From positions 20,384 to 84,383 of the forward strand of contig NMRA01000404.1 in assembly GCA_002633005.1 (NCBI GenBank): 64,000 nt of DNA, in the 5' to 3' direction. Positions 27,063 through 39,665 of this stretch are shown piece by piece. The notes beneath the pieces were generated by a model. That model did no database searches and was not told the origin of the DNA. It saw only the letters and a program-made list of their open reading frames with translations. Numbering within the stretch: the stretch's first letter is position 1; the number at the start of each line of letters is the position of its first letter. This DNA is from Phoronis australis. Taxonomy: Eukaryota; Animalia; Phoronida. The translations under genes and the position numbers were made by a program.

Positions 27063-27340
27063 CCGTATTCGCCGTAATATTAGCGCCCTGAGTGCTTATT
27101 AAAAATCACTCCGGGAGGGGGCGCTTATTGTAGCCTATGGCAGTCAAAACCCGGTCTAGGAAACGGATGAAATCGAAAGCTAGGATTCATCAAATTTACG
27201 CTCTGCGAGGTATCTGTAACCTATGACATACTTTCCACAAAACTGTGGTGCATTGTTACGAAACTTCATTGTTAAATTAGGATCCTTTATCAGAAAATAG
27301 TGGAAATCCCAGGGCGAAAACTCACAGACTAATACATTGC
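27063..27340 (-). mobile_element. Tc2-like MITE, right-end fragment
   Basis: TA|CCGTATTCGCCGTAAT…; reverse complement of ~19040-19307. Confidence 0.75.
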
Positions 27341-27546
27341 TGTACCTGAGTATTAAAAATGAATTATGTGTTTTTGTGGAATGTGATGCTTATTACGCTC
27401 ATGGTCTGTCTGCTTTGACAGGAATCCTCCTACTCAACACAAAATCATGAGCTTGTTATACGATCCACATGAATCTCTTACGAAGTTCATACACTTGGCC
27501 TTGAGGAGAGAGTGGCTTTGTGTGACACTACACCAGATCTGATATA

Positions 27547-28060
27547 CCGTATTCGCCGTAATAACCGCCCATGCCCCTATAAGCGCCCCCCCCACGCGTT
27601 TTCAGACTTTGCTGGAATAAGCGCCCAGTCCATGAACGTGTACATGCGAACAATGACGTACCTTCAGTTCTAAAACTTGGCTACAGTAACGTCTTCAATT
27701 TATCAAAAAAGTTTTGCACGGGTCTTCTAGACCACCAGCGGCACTGCTACGTTTGTATTTAGCCGTGACAATACACTTCAAAGTAACACAGCGCTTCAAA
27801 AAGAACGCAACAGCGTTGCTACTTTCGCGACGACCGTGTCCCACTATGGTCTGACCTCACAGTACACATCGACTGTCTCATGAATAAAAATAACTCGGTG
27901 TTGAACGCACGTGGCCAGAAAGCGCGCGCTACATATATGAACCTAGCTGTCATCAAAGACATTAGTCGGGAACTATCCATTCATGAAACGGGTAGCATAG
28001 CATCGGTAAGAAATGAATATTGGCCCTAATTTCCGACAATTTCTAATACTATAAAACATG
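27547..28060 (+). mobile_element. Tc2-like MITE, left-end fragment
   Basis: TA|CCGTATTCGCCGTAATAACCGCCC…; colinear with 17853-18460. Confidence 0.8.
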
Positions 28061-29275
28061 TTTGCGTTATTTTTNNTTATATTTGTGAACGAAAACTTGA
28101 CGTCACACTTCGCATTCATCTACTTTTATTCAATTTTGTATGCCGTTAGTAATACTCGGTTAAACCTGAAAAGTTTCTTTTCTGTCTTAGTTGGTCAGAC
28201 TATTCCCAACACTATACCTACCTGCAAGATAAATTTGCTATAGACTACTTTTCTGAACGTTTTGATGATTTTATATTTGTATGATATTTGTAGTGTTGGT
28301 TTGTCATTAATACACGTTTAAACGCTATCGGTTTTATGTTCTGCGTTAGCTGGTCGCTTCTTATTATTAGTAGTATTATTAGTACGATTCGCTCAGTACC
28401 GTCGGGGCCTGGGTTAGACTTTACGCGACATCTGTTGTTGGGTTGGGTGGTTATCGCCTTTTTCCTTTGTTTTTGATGAAACAAACACACAATATACAAC
28501 GACACTCGGCGCACACGAACTAAGGTAATTCACGTTTTGTTCTTATCATCTTTTGTTTCAATCCGTTGCTAGGAGCCGCAAAACGAGTTGCCTGTCTAAT
28601 TAAACCTATTACGTCATGACGTCATTGACACATCCGTCCGCTAGGTGTCCCGATCGCAGTTATACCACGTGACCTCCTTTCACATAGATGACCTTTGACC
28701 GAGACCCGCAAAGTAAGACTCCTAAATGACTTACTATACTACTGATGTTGATTGATGCGACTTTTCAGGGCTTGTGTGGTTTCCCCAATGTTTGCTTTCC
28801 CACAGTCTGGTTCCGAGCATGAAATGCCTTACACCACATTTGATTTTTTCTCTGTCGTGGTCTTATCTTTCACATTCATCAGCTGACTCCTTATGATGTT
28901 ACTCTGGAGTTCCGAATAGTAGTAGAGACAGCAATAATAGTAGAGACTTATAATAGTACAGACCCAACATTTTTGCCACTAGAAAAGTAGAATAATAATA
29001 TAGACCGGAAATTGTCGAAAAAAATTAATAATTAAGTATAGAATGGAATAATGGTATAGACGGCAAATTTTTGGAAATTTAAACATAGTATAGACTGGAA
29101 TAATAATATTGGTTACAAATTTAGGTAAAAACTAATAATGATGTAGATGGGATTGGAATAATAATGCAAAGAAGCATATTCTGTCTGACCGCTATAATTA
29201 TGCGCCCACATATTTATATGTGGACGCATTATGCCGTCATCTCTGTTCGTCCGTCCGTCCGTCCGGGCGGCGTCC

Positions 29276-29665
29276 GTCTTCGATTCGCAGTTTTCACATA
29301 TACAAAGAAATTCGGATTCCTGTTGAGGGAGAAGATCTGTACGGGAAAGATACAATACAATCCCGTTGACAAGTACGATGCATCTGTTCTGATAGGCCAG
29401 AGCATTATAGGACACGTCACTCGCTAGTTAACAAAACTTTTGCGTTCTTTTTGAACCAAGGTAGAAGTTTGAAGTGTATAGTCATGGCTAAAAAGCAGCG
29501 AGGCTTGTGGTCTACAAGTTCCGTGCACAATGACTTTTTCAGGACTGTCAGATCTTATTGATAAATTGAAGACGTTCATTTTAGCAACGTCTGTAAACGC
29601 GTGGGCATCGCCTATAGGGGCATGAGTGCTTATAGGGGCATGGGCGCTTATTAGGGCGAATACAG
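29276..29665 (-). mobile_element. Tc2-like MITE, left-end fragment inside HINE A
   Basis: Ends GGGCGCTTATTAGGGCGAATACAG|TA; reverse complement of ~17853-18285. Confidence 0.8.
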
Positions 29666-30032
29666 TATGTGTTCTTTCTGTGTAGTAAACGGCTCACGAT
29701 GATTTTTGGATGACTTCGAATACTGTGGCACCTCCTGGTGGTTGTTTTTGCGCCTGTGACTGTATCTGCTTAATGTTCTACAGGATCTTTGAAGTTTGCA
29801 AATGTATTTATATGAAGTTGACAACGGACGATGATGACTTTCGTATAGATTGGAGTACCGGTGTGCCCCCTAGTGGCAATTTTAGCTTTTGTTACCCGTT
29901 TACCCCTTTATCTTCAATGGTCCTCAACGAGTTCCCATAAAATTTGTCAGGTAGGCGTCTATTAGTGAGGTAATGTTATCCATCCGTTTTTGGAGTGATT
30001 CAAGGTTATTTTACACCACCTAGTGGCCATTG

Positions 30033-31602
30033 TTATGCGCCCACATAATTTTATGTGGACGCATTATGCTATCATCCCAATCTGTCCGGCGACTGTCCTG
30101 TGTGCGGCGTCTGCTTCTCTACTTCCAAAAGCCTTTAACATTATTGTGTTCATGAAACTGCACATAGGTTCCTTTCATGGATGGCATGAGTGAACTTTCG
30201 GACGGGTGCGACTACCGGTATGCCCCCTAGTAGCAATTTTAGTTTTTTACATTTACTGTATCCTCATCGGATTTTCATAAAATTTGGCATATAGGCATCT
30301 ATCAGTGAGACGAAAAGGTCCTTCGATCTTCAGATGGATTTGAGGTATTTTGCTTCACCTAGTGGCCATTTTTACTGTTTTCGAGTGTTTTTTGGCATCT
30401 GCCCCTCTGTCAACAAAACTAGATGGTTTGGAAATTGGCATGTGTGCTTCTACTATGAAGAAGATGGCTGTCAATGATTTTCTGATGACCTCGAGTACAG
30501 TAGCGCCTTCTAGTGGCAGTTTTGTTTTATTTACACCCATGGCTGTATCTCCCAAACTCTCCCAACATCTTTATTTAACAAGTGCATTTCTATAAAGTTG
30601 ACGGCGATGACTTTCAGACAAAAACGACAAAGGCTGTGCCCCCTAGTGGCAATTTCCTTTTTCCGTTTTCCTCTGTTTTTTGGCGTCCTCCCCGCTATCA
30701 ACCAAACCGCTCTAAGGATGATTGTGAAAATTGACATGTGTTTTCTTACTATGACGAGGACGGCTGAAGACAATTTTCCCATGATTTCGACTACTGTGGC
30801 GCCTCCTAGTGGCAGTTTTTTTGCGCTCATTGCTGTATCACCTAAACTGTGCGCAGGATCTTTACTAAATTTAGCAAGTGTATGGATGTCAGATGTTGAC
30901 AACCTAAGACAATGACTTCCGGACGGATCTGACTACCGGTGTTTCCCTTAGTGGCAATTTTAAGTTTTTTACATTTATCTCTGTATCTTTAAAGGCCTTC
31001 GAGGTATTTTCATAAAATTTGGCAGTTAGGCATCTATTAGTGAGATGACACTATCCTCCCATTTTCGGGTGGATTTGACGTAGTTAGCGCCACCTAGTGG
31101 CCATTTTTGCTGTTTTTCGAGTCTCATTGGCGTCCAACGAAACCATTCTAAGGATGATTTTGAAAATTCGCGTATATGTTCTCAGTATGAAGAGGACGGC
31201 TGATGATAACCACTTTGACTACTGTGGCACCTCCTGGTGGTAGCTTTGTTTTGTTTTGTACCCATAGCTGCATCTCCTAAACACACTGCCCGATCTTTAT
31301 TAAATTTAGTGGTTGTGTAATATATGAAGTTAACAACGGTCTTTCAGGCAGATCCAATGAACGCTGTGCCCCATAGTATCAATTTTCCGTTTTCCTTTGT
31401 TTCTCTGATGGTCCTTGACAGATTCTATGAAATTTTGTAGATAACTTTCTATTAAAAAAGCGATGCATGTTCTCGTTTTCAAATGGATTGAACGTTTTTG
31501 CACCATCTAGTGGTCATTTTTATGAAACAAATAAACAACCCTAGAAGCACACCGTTTGCTTTGGATTCATGGGCATATTTCAACGCTCTGCGTTGCTCTT
31601 GT
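30033..31602 (+). mobile_element. HINE/DINE-1-like element B with central ~140-160-bp tandem subrepeats
   Basis: 5' TTATGCGCCCACATAA…TTATGTGGACGCAT; 3' tgggcatattt plus hairpin CAACGC-tct-GCGTTG plus ctcttgt. Confidence 0.75.
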
Positions 31603-31836
31603 GAAATTTGTTAAATAGGTTTCTATGAAAGAAGCCATGACAAGTTCCCGTTTTTGGATGGATTTGACTCATTTTGCGCCATCTAGTGGCCATTTCTGTG
31701 ATACAAATAAACAGCCCTAGAAGCACACTGTGTGCAGTGCCTTCGTGGGTGAATTTCAATGCCCCGCGTTGTTCTTATATTGTATTCTGTTTTTTGTTGT
31801 CCTCGGTATCTTTGAAACTCCTTCATTGGCTGATTT

Positions 31837-33540
31837 TTATGCACCCACATATTTATATTGGGACGCATTGTGTCGTCATCTCTGGCTGTCCGTTCGCTGC
31901 TCTATCTCAAAAACCCCATGACGTATGTTCATGAAATTTTGCACATGTGTTTCTTCTGTAAATGGGATGGTATTAGCTAACTTTCGGGCGGATCCGGCTA
32001 CTGGTGTGTCCCCTAGTGGCATTTTTAGTTTTTTACGGTTACCTCTAAGTACTCAACGGATTTTCATAAAATTCAGTATGTAGTCTTTTATGAGTGAGGT
32101 GACACTATTCTCTTATTTTCGGATGGATGCGACTTAGTTTGCGCCACTCAGTAGCCATTTTTACTGTTTTCGAGTCAAATTTTTTGTGTCCACACCTCTA
32201 TCAACCAAATCGCTCAAAGAATGATTGTGAAAATTGGCATGTACGTTTTTACTATGAAGTGGATGGCTGAGGATGATTTTCCAACGACTTTGGTTACTGT
32301 GGTGCCTCCTCGTGGCAGTTTTGTTCTTTGCGCCTATGCCTGTCCTAAACCGTTCGCAGGATCTTTACTTTATTTAGTAAGTGTATTCATATGATGTTAA
32401 CAATGGATGACGACGACTTTCGGACAGATTTGACTACTCGTGTGCCACCTAGTGGCAATTCTATTTTTTATGTTTATCTCTGTATCTTCAAAGGTCCTCA
32501 ACGTGTTTTCATAAAATTTGGCCTACAGGCATGTTTTAATGAGGTGACGCAATCTCTCCATTTTCAGATGGATTCGACCTAGTTTGCACCACCTTTAAGT
32601 CTCCATTTTTTATTGTTCTCAAGGGTGCTTTTGGCGTCCACTCGTCTATCGATCAAACTGCTTTCAGGATAACTGAAAATTGGCATGTATGTTTTTGTTA
32701 CAAAGTGGCCGGCTGATGATGATTTTCCAACGACTTCCACTACTGTGGCGCTTCCTAATGGCAGTTTCATATTTTTTATGCTCATGGCTGTATCTCCTAA
32801 ACAGTTTGCAGGATCTTTATTTAATTTAACAACTGTATGAATATGATGTTGACAACAAATGACAACGACTTTTGTACGGATCTGACTTCTGATATCCCCC
32901 CTAAAGGCAATTTTATTTTCTTACGTTTTAACTCTGTATGTTCAAAGGTCCTCAACGGATTTTCATAAAATTTCAAATATAGGCATCTATTGGCGAGGTG
33001 ACGTTTTCTTCCTGTTTTCGAATGGAATCAAGGTATTTTGTACCACCTGGTGGCCATTTTTGCTGTTTTCGAATCTTGTTTTTGGCGTCCACCTTTCTAT
33101 CAACCAAATCATTCTAGGGATGGTTTTAAAAATTGACATATATGTTCTCAGTGTGAAGGGGACGTTTGATGATGGTGACTAACTATTGTGGCACCTCCTA
33201 GTGGTAGTTTTGTTTTGTTTTGCGCCCATGGCTGTATCTCCTAAACCCACTGCAGGATGTTTATTAAATTTAGTGAGTGTATTTATAAGAAGATAACAAC
33301 AGATGATGACTTTCAGGCAGATCCAACAGACGCTGTGCCCACTTAAGTGGCAACTTCATTTTATTCTGTTTTCCTTTGTTTCTCTGAAGTTCCTTGACAC
33401 ATTTTTATGAAATATGGCATGTTTCCGTTTTTGTTAGATTTTACATTTTTGGCCATTTTTGATACAAATGAATAACCCTAAAAGCATACCATTTGCGAAG
33501 CATTTGTGGGCGCATTTCAACGCTCCGCGTTGCTCTCGTT
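31837..33540 (+). mobile_element. HINE/DINE-1-like element C with central tandem subrepeats
   Basis: 5' TTATGCACCCACATA…; 3' subterminal inverted repeat GTGGGCGCAT, hairpin CAACGC-tcc-GCGTTG, then ctctcgTT. Confidence 0.8.
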
Positions 33541-34450
33541 ACGAAATAAGTAGGTTTCAGTTAGAGTCGACAGGTTCCCATTTTCTATAGATTCGACATA
33601 TTGTAGCCATTTTTATTATCATGAAATTTTCGGGCGGATTTAACATATTCTGTGCTAATTGGTGGCCATTTTAAAAATTGTTCAGTAGGTTTTTGATATC
33701 ACCAAACCTCTTGAAGGATCATTATTAAAATTTGGAGATGTATTTCTGATGAGAAGACCTTGGCTGACGTCGATATTCGGAGGTGTTCAACTACTCTGGC
33801 GTCCTCTAGTGGTGTTTTTTGCATCCACAGGTTTATCTCCTATACTGTTTGTAACATCTTTTTGAAATTCAGCAAATGTGTTCCTGTGGAGATTTCAACA
33901 GATGACGGTGAGATTCAGACCAATCCAACTACAGCTGTGCTCCGTAGTGGCACTGTTACTTTTTTGTTTGCTTGATGCTTTGGCAAACAACTTTCTATTG
34001 TGAAGACGACAACACCTTCCCTTTTTTGTGATGGATTTGATGTATTCTGCACCAACTTATGGCCATTTTTATTGTTTTTAGTCTGTTTTTTCTGTCTGCT
34101 TATATATCTGCTAAATTGATCAGAGGATCATTATGAAAATTGGAAGATATGTTTCTAAGGACGTGAGCATGACTGACATGGATTTTCAGATGGTGCTTCA
34201 GTGACATTTTTCCGCATGTACGGCTGTATATCCTTAACCCCTTGCAAGTTGTTTTTGAAATTTTGCTATTGCATTCCTATTAAATTGATAGCAGGCGGAC
34301 GAATTCAACTAACTCTGTGGTTCCTAAAGGCTGTTTGTTTTTTAAGTTTGCCTTTGTGTCTTTGGATTTGTTTTGCAGATTTTCATAAAATTTGGCAAAA
34401 TAGTTTTGAGAGACGATTACTCCTTACCACTATGTCGTCTAAGGCCATTT
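33541..34450 (+). repeat. Older, more degenerate array of the same subrepeat
   Basis: Recurrent tggccatttt, aaatt(t)gg and ctagtgg motifs at similar spacing. Confidence 0.6.
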
Positions 34451-34886
34451 TTTCCTATTTTTTAAAAAATTTTTTGTTCAAATATTTATTATCATTGATA
34501 AACAAGTACAAAAACAAACAAACAGATGAGTACATCCATTCATTCACGCATGCGCACCTCAGGAGAGAGCATTCTCGTATATCATATAAAGTAAAACTAA
34601 GTGCTACATTGAGTTAACAGGAACAATCAAATTTTGCCATTTCCCAGAGAAGCTGTCATACACAAAATTTTTATGTGCAATTAATTTTTCAGCATTATAT
34701 TACTCATAAATATATGTAACAAACTTGTTAATATTTTGTATTTATTGTGACATCTCTCATTGTAAATGTACTGTTTGGCTAGTAATAGCAAAATGTTAAA
34801 TAAAAAACCACCTGTCTCATAAAGTCCAAGAATAACAGGTTTGTAAGAGAGACAGTAGGGAAGCTGAATGAGACACTTATGAAGTA

Positions 34887-35069
34887 TTAAAAACGGGACG
34901 ATCGCCGCACAAATAAAAAAGTTCATGTTCCATTCAACGTTTCGTCTTTTCATTAGACATCATCAGGATCATATTTGCAACAATTTAGGACAACAAGTGC
35001 CATAGAGTGAAGTGAGAGATACATAGAATATTGTCAGTAGTCTTATTGTGGTCAAAAACTGATTTAATT
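34887..35069 (-). mobile_element. 183-bp hammerhead-containing insertion (Penelope pLTR or retrozyme-like) with 12-bp TSD
   Basis: Direct repeat ACTTATGAAGTA at 34875-34886 and 35070-35081. Removing the insert and one repeat copy restores the Tx1 frame (…KLLHK|CLIQL…). Confidence 0.8.
34933..34970 (-). ncRNA. Minimal type-I hammerhead ribozyme motif
   Basis: Minus strand reads gatc-CUGAUGA-u-GUCU(aaugaaa)AGAC-GAAAC-GUU-gaa: intact core, 4-bp stem II, palindromic AACGUU stem III, weak stem I. Confidence 0.7.
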
Positions 35070-35337
35070 ACTTATGAAGTAGTTTTCCGAATTGCTTTCA
35101 AAAATCTTGTTCAGGGTGACATTCCCAAAAAAGGTATGACAGGGTCTCTGGAACTCTGGCACATAAATTAGAATCCTGAACTTAGATTTTCACTAAAAAG
35201 TATTTGTTGCAATAATCCTGTGTAATATTCTTAATTGCAATAATCTGATATTGGGATCCTTTGTAATTTCATAAGGTAATGGGTATATTTTCTTCCAATC
35301 TAAACTACCGTATTTGCCCTAATGAGCGCCCATGTCC

Positions 35338-37574
35338 CAGTGTTTTCCACATCTGAAAATCTAAACAGGTCGCACGTGTAAAAACTGCAACGTGCCGTAA
35401 CCGCGCGGCGGTCAACGTTCTCCATAAGCTAGTGTGCACCTAATTTTTACCCACGCATTCTAATAGTAATGCTCAGTAGTGCAAACAAATAACTGTTCGT
35501 TCAAGTTTTTATTTTTAAAATTTGGACTTATTCACAAACACATCACATAACTCATTTGTTTGGTCAATGACTTTGAAATGGAAGTCTACAGAGGTGTTTC
35601 AAACAGTATGGGGAAATGTTGTACTCAATAATTGTGAAGTCAATGTCAACTAAGTACAAAAAGTCTAACACAGAAGTAAACTTTTCTCACAAAGTAGACG
35701 GTTGCAGTGAAGTGTCTTTGTAAAGCCAGTCACATTTTTATGTCTTGATACGTTTTCCCTTATTCTGTAAGTGTAATGTCTTGCACAGCATTCTTATAGT
35801 CTGAATTCTATGTTTTGAAGCTGGTACAACATTAAACATCTGAACTACCATAACTCTTGTTAAAACTGCACAATATGTGAGTCCTCCCTTATGAATACAA
35901 ATTAGGTAGGGTAAACAAAGCAATTCACGTGGGTTTTCCTTCTACTTGGACGGTTAGTGTTAAGCCTATTGATGACAACCAATATTTCTACTGGATTATG
36001 ATGACAAACGCTTGCAACTATGGAATTCCCATAATTTTCAGGATAGTCACTAACTCATTCTTCCACATGAGAACCATCTATTCTCAAGTTAGAGCGAATT
36101 GTATTGCCGATGTCTGAAGTTGTCGGCAAAACTTCTGTTCACCATTTGTGACACAGATATTTGCGATTCGTTGACCGAGCCCGGCAATATCACCACCATC
36201 CGGACCTGGATTATCTGTCGTATCTTCATCTGAGTCAACGTCAGTTTCTGAAACATCTCTCGGTTTTTACAATAATCCTTAGGATTAGCAGTCCTTCGCC
36301 TTCCTGCGGCAGACAACATTTCTGATTATGTAGAATGCGCATGTCAATCGCTGATGGAAACTAAGTGTGCGTTCAGTAACGCTCTATGCTAGGACCTATA
36401 GCTAAAAGTTAGCCAATCACGTAATCTTATTGAAAATACACGGCATTATCTCACGTAATCTCACGAAGTCTTGCTTTTTACCGAGGTCTTAGCGTTACTG
36501 AATGGGAGGCAGGATAGAATTCACTATTGTAAGGACCAAGCTAGGTAAACAAGACACTGCGAGATTACGTGTTTTTGGCTATAATTTCTCAGTGCGAGAC
36601 ATATATTTTGAACTTTTCACAGTGACGTCACCTGCTGTCCCAAGTCTTGGAATACTCCCCTGAAACTGCAAACATTACGCACGGCCACTACTGAAGTTGA
36701 GTTTGCGAATGGCTTGACAGATTTTTAGAGGGAGTATGCGCCACAGATATAATGTTCATGCTGCCAATGAAACTCCTTATAAGGCAATGAGATGAACTCG
36801 GTCAATCTCAATGGGCCGGTGGCACCAAAAGTAACCAATAATTTTCATCTAAGTGAGAAATACACATGAATGAGAACCATCAAAAGCAGTTTCATGCAAA
36901 TGTTTGTTGAGACTGATATTGGTAAAGTCTGTGACGTGGGGCCCACGGATTATTGAAAAATGTGCTACAAAAACTAAAATCTGGCCTCCCAAAAGATGGT
37001 CGTTGTAAAAACTGCTGCTCAATAGGGTCTTTGCTGACAGCATATGCTTTGCAGAACTAACCATGGAGCCATAATTATTTTCAATGGGTAATATGATCAG
37101 TTGTCGGCCGAACACAAAAAGGTGACTACAAAAGCGAATAGGCCTAATGTAACGATCCGATCCACGACTTCCGTGCCGGAATGCACCTACAGTGAGCAGG
37201 TAGTGGATTAGGCCTATAGGTAGCACTGGGCCTTTGTTTAAATTCAATTGACTATGGCTAGTTGAATTGAAAAGATTATTTATGCGCCATTAATTGATTA
37301 GTGGCCTGGTCTGCCACTTGCAGTGAGACTGGTGCTTAGACTTTCCTCAACTGACCACTTAACCTTTATTCAGTTTCAGTGGGCTGAGGCCAGTTGCTAT
37401 CAAGCGTAATTTGAACCACTGAAGACCATATTAACAAGGACGACGCCTTTTTACAAAGTAGTTACTATATTCAGGTCACGGGATTTTTAAACGGGACGCG
37501 GGACATTTAAACAGGCCGTGCGTTCGGCCAAACAGGACGCTGCGTCATGTTAAAAGTGGTAGTGGAGAACACCG
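35338..37574. mobile_element. Non-autonomous TIR element, ~2.24 kb
   Basis: 13-bp TIR with two mismatches, CAGTGTTTTCCAC / GTGGAGAACACCG, located exactly where the host MITE is broken. Confidence 0.7.
36368..36510 (-). repeat. Short quasi-palindromic interspersed element (second copy at 40313-40465)
   Basis: gcgttcagtaacgct … agcgttactgaatgggaggc; reverse complement of gcctcccgttcagtagcgct … tactgaacgc at 40313-40465. Confidence 0.75.
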
Positions 37575-39665
37575 CCCCTATTAGCGCCCCCTCATGTGTT
37601 TTCAGACTTTGCTAAATTAAGCGCCCAGTCCATGAATATGTACATGCAAAAAATGCCTTACCTACAGTTCTTAAATTCCACAGTAACATCTTCAATTTAT
37701 CATTAAGATCCGACAATCCTGAAAAAATCATTGTGCACGGAATTTGTAGACCACGAGCCTCGCCGCTGTCGGTATTTAGCCATGACTATACACTTCAAAC
37801 TTCCGCCGTGCTTTAAAAAGAACACAAGCGCAAATCGAAGACTAATAAAAACTTGACCTTTGTTCAGGTAAAAGCACGTGGCCAGGAAGCGCACGCTACA
37901 TTCAAGTACATGTACCAGTCATCGGAGATTAGTGTTCGGAAACTACCTATTCATGAAACGGGTAGCATAGCATCGGCAAGAAATAAATACTGGCACTTAT
38001 ATCTGAAAGTTTTTAATACCGTAAAAAACTTTTGCATTTTTTGAAGGGGGAATTATTAAATTAGTCGTAATTCATGTTTTTGCTGTCAAAATGAACCACT
38101 GATAGTGAACACTTCCGTATCCTATACCTTCCGAATCTCCCGAAAAATAACTTGCATCCAGTCACCCAGGGACTCAATATTAGCCTTACCAAGACACTTC
38201 TTGAACGTTTTTTAGCAGATGAGATCAACAAGTGCTAAATAAAACATGTTCTGCTTTACTGCTTATGTTAATTTCCTTAGTTGCAATGAACACCTAGATC
38301 GTTGCATCGCTTTTACTCTGGCAAATGAACTCTGATGACACGCACGCTGACTTGCTCACTCACACAATACGCAGACGAACTTCAAAGCAAACATCACATG
38401 ACAACAACGTGTGTTCGTCCAGAGATTTTTCTCACGTTGCGGAGCACGATCTAGCGCAGATTTGGACTTAATATGCTGTTAATCCTAACTCCACAGGAAC
38501 TTAAGAATCGAAAACTTACGGTGGACTTCATGTAATTTGTTCATCAAAACTATTTTTACTCAAGAATTCAAGTTGACCTATCGGTGATTGCAAGGCAGCA
38601 ATGCATCAGTTGGCGAGTTTTCGCACTGGATTTTCTGAAAAATGCTCATAATTTAACAACAAAGTTTAATAGCAATGCACTGCAAATTTGTAGAAACTCT
38701 GTCATAGGTTACAGATGAGTCACAGAGCATAAATTTGATGAAGTTTAGCTTACGATTTCACTTGTTTCGGAGACCGGACTTTGACCTTTTTTGGGCTGTA
38801 ATAAGCGCCCCCGGCCTTCCTGAGGCAAATTTTTAAGCGCCCTGGGCGCTTATTAGGGTGAATACGCTATCTCTTAACTCTATTTCCCGTGTATACTCTG
38901 ACTTAGAAGGTTTCTATTCGCATCTTTCTGTAAGTGAGTAATCGCAAAAGGCAGGCAAGGAGAATTAGACATTAAATAACACTTTTAAATTTACTTTGAA
39001 GTAGGACTTTTTTAAAAACCTTTTTAGAACAGAAAAAATCATTATTTGCTACAAAGTTGGTTCTTACATCGTACCCATTTATCGTATGGTCTAAACTACC
39101 GAAACCAACATCAGAGGTATAGATATCTCTGATACAAACCAAAACTTATATTGAATACTTGTGCCTGACTTATCCCCATGTTACTATTAAACCACAAAGG
39201 TTGATTCAAAAAGTCTTCTTTACTCGTAACAATTATTTTCTTATACTTCCAAATACGCCGTGGCAGTAGGAAATTATCAATTAGAGTCAACTTTAACTTA
39301 ATAAAGTCATCTCCAAATGAAACCAAATTTTAGATGCAGGGCTTTCAAGATATCTACGGGCCATGGCAAGTTTTAAGGCTTTGCTGAAAGTATGTATATT
39401 AACCATATAAAGTCCCCTTGATTTATTATTACAATCCTGCCATACATATCTAAAGAATATCATACTCAATTCGTCGAAGACTTTTACTGGTGGATTTGAT
39501 AAATTTGACAACAAAAATTAAGTTTAGAAATAGCTAATGTTTTAATAGACCTAACTCACGCGGCGGACATTAAAATCCAATGTGAGACTCACTGCGATAA
39601 CCAAAGCAGAAGTTGACATTGCGTGAGTTAAATGGTCAGTCTTTCGAGTCCCACCTGGATATTAA

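Larger units (their letters stand above)
29198..31777 (+). mobile_element. HINE/DINE-1-like non-autonomous Helentron A (interrupted)
   Basis: 5' box TTATGCGCCCACATA-tt-TATGTGGACGCAT hairpin followed by (GTCC)n. Degenerate 3' box gtgggtgaatttcaatgccccgcgttg at 31745-31775. Pairing of these two ends is inferred. Confidence 0.55.
35308..38867 (+). mobile_element. Tc2-like MITE (same family as 17853-19307), interrupted at 35338-37574
   Basis: TA|CCGTATTTGCCCTAATGAGCGCCC … GGGCGCTTATTAGGGTGAATACGC|TA. 37575-38867 is colinear with 17880-19307. Confidence 0.85.
34470..39548 (-). pseudogene. L1/Tx1-type LINE ORF2 3' fragment, split by nested insertions (own sequence ~34470-34886, 35070-35307, 38868-39548)
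   Basis: Peptides LSNLSNPP…FFRYVW, QPLWFNSN, REIELRD|SLDWKKIYPLPYEITKDPNIRLLQLRILHRIIATN, ETLSYLFWEC and LFNILLLLAKQYIY. The frame rejoins across both insertion sites. Confidence 0.85.

Noticed and set aside
26884-27102. Poly-Ile signal-peptide-like ORF
   Set aside because: It is the translation of the (TTA)n LINE tail.
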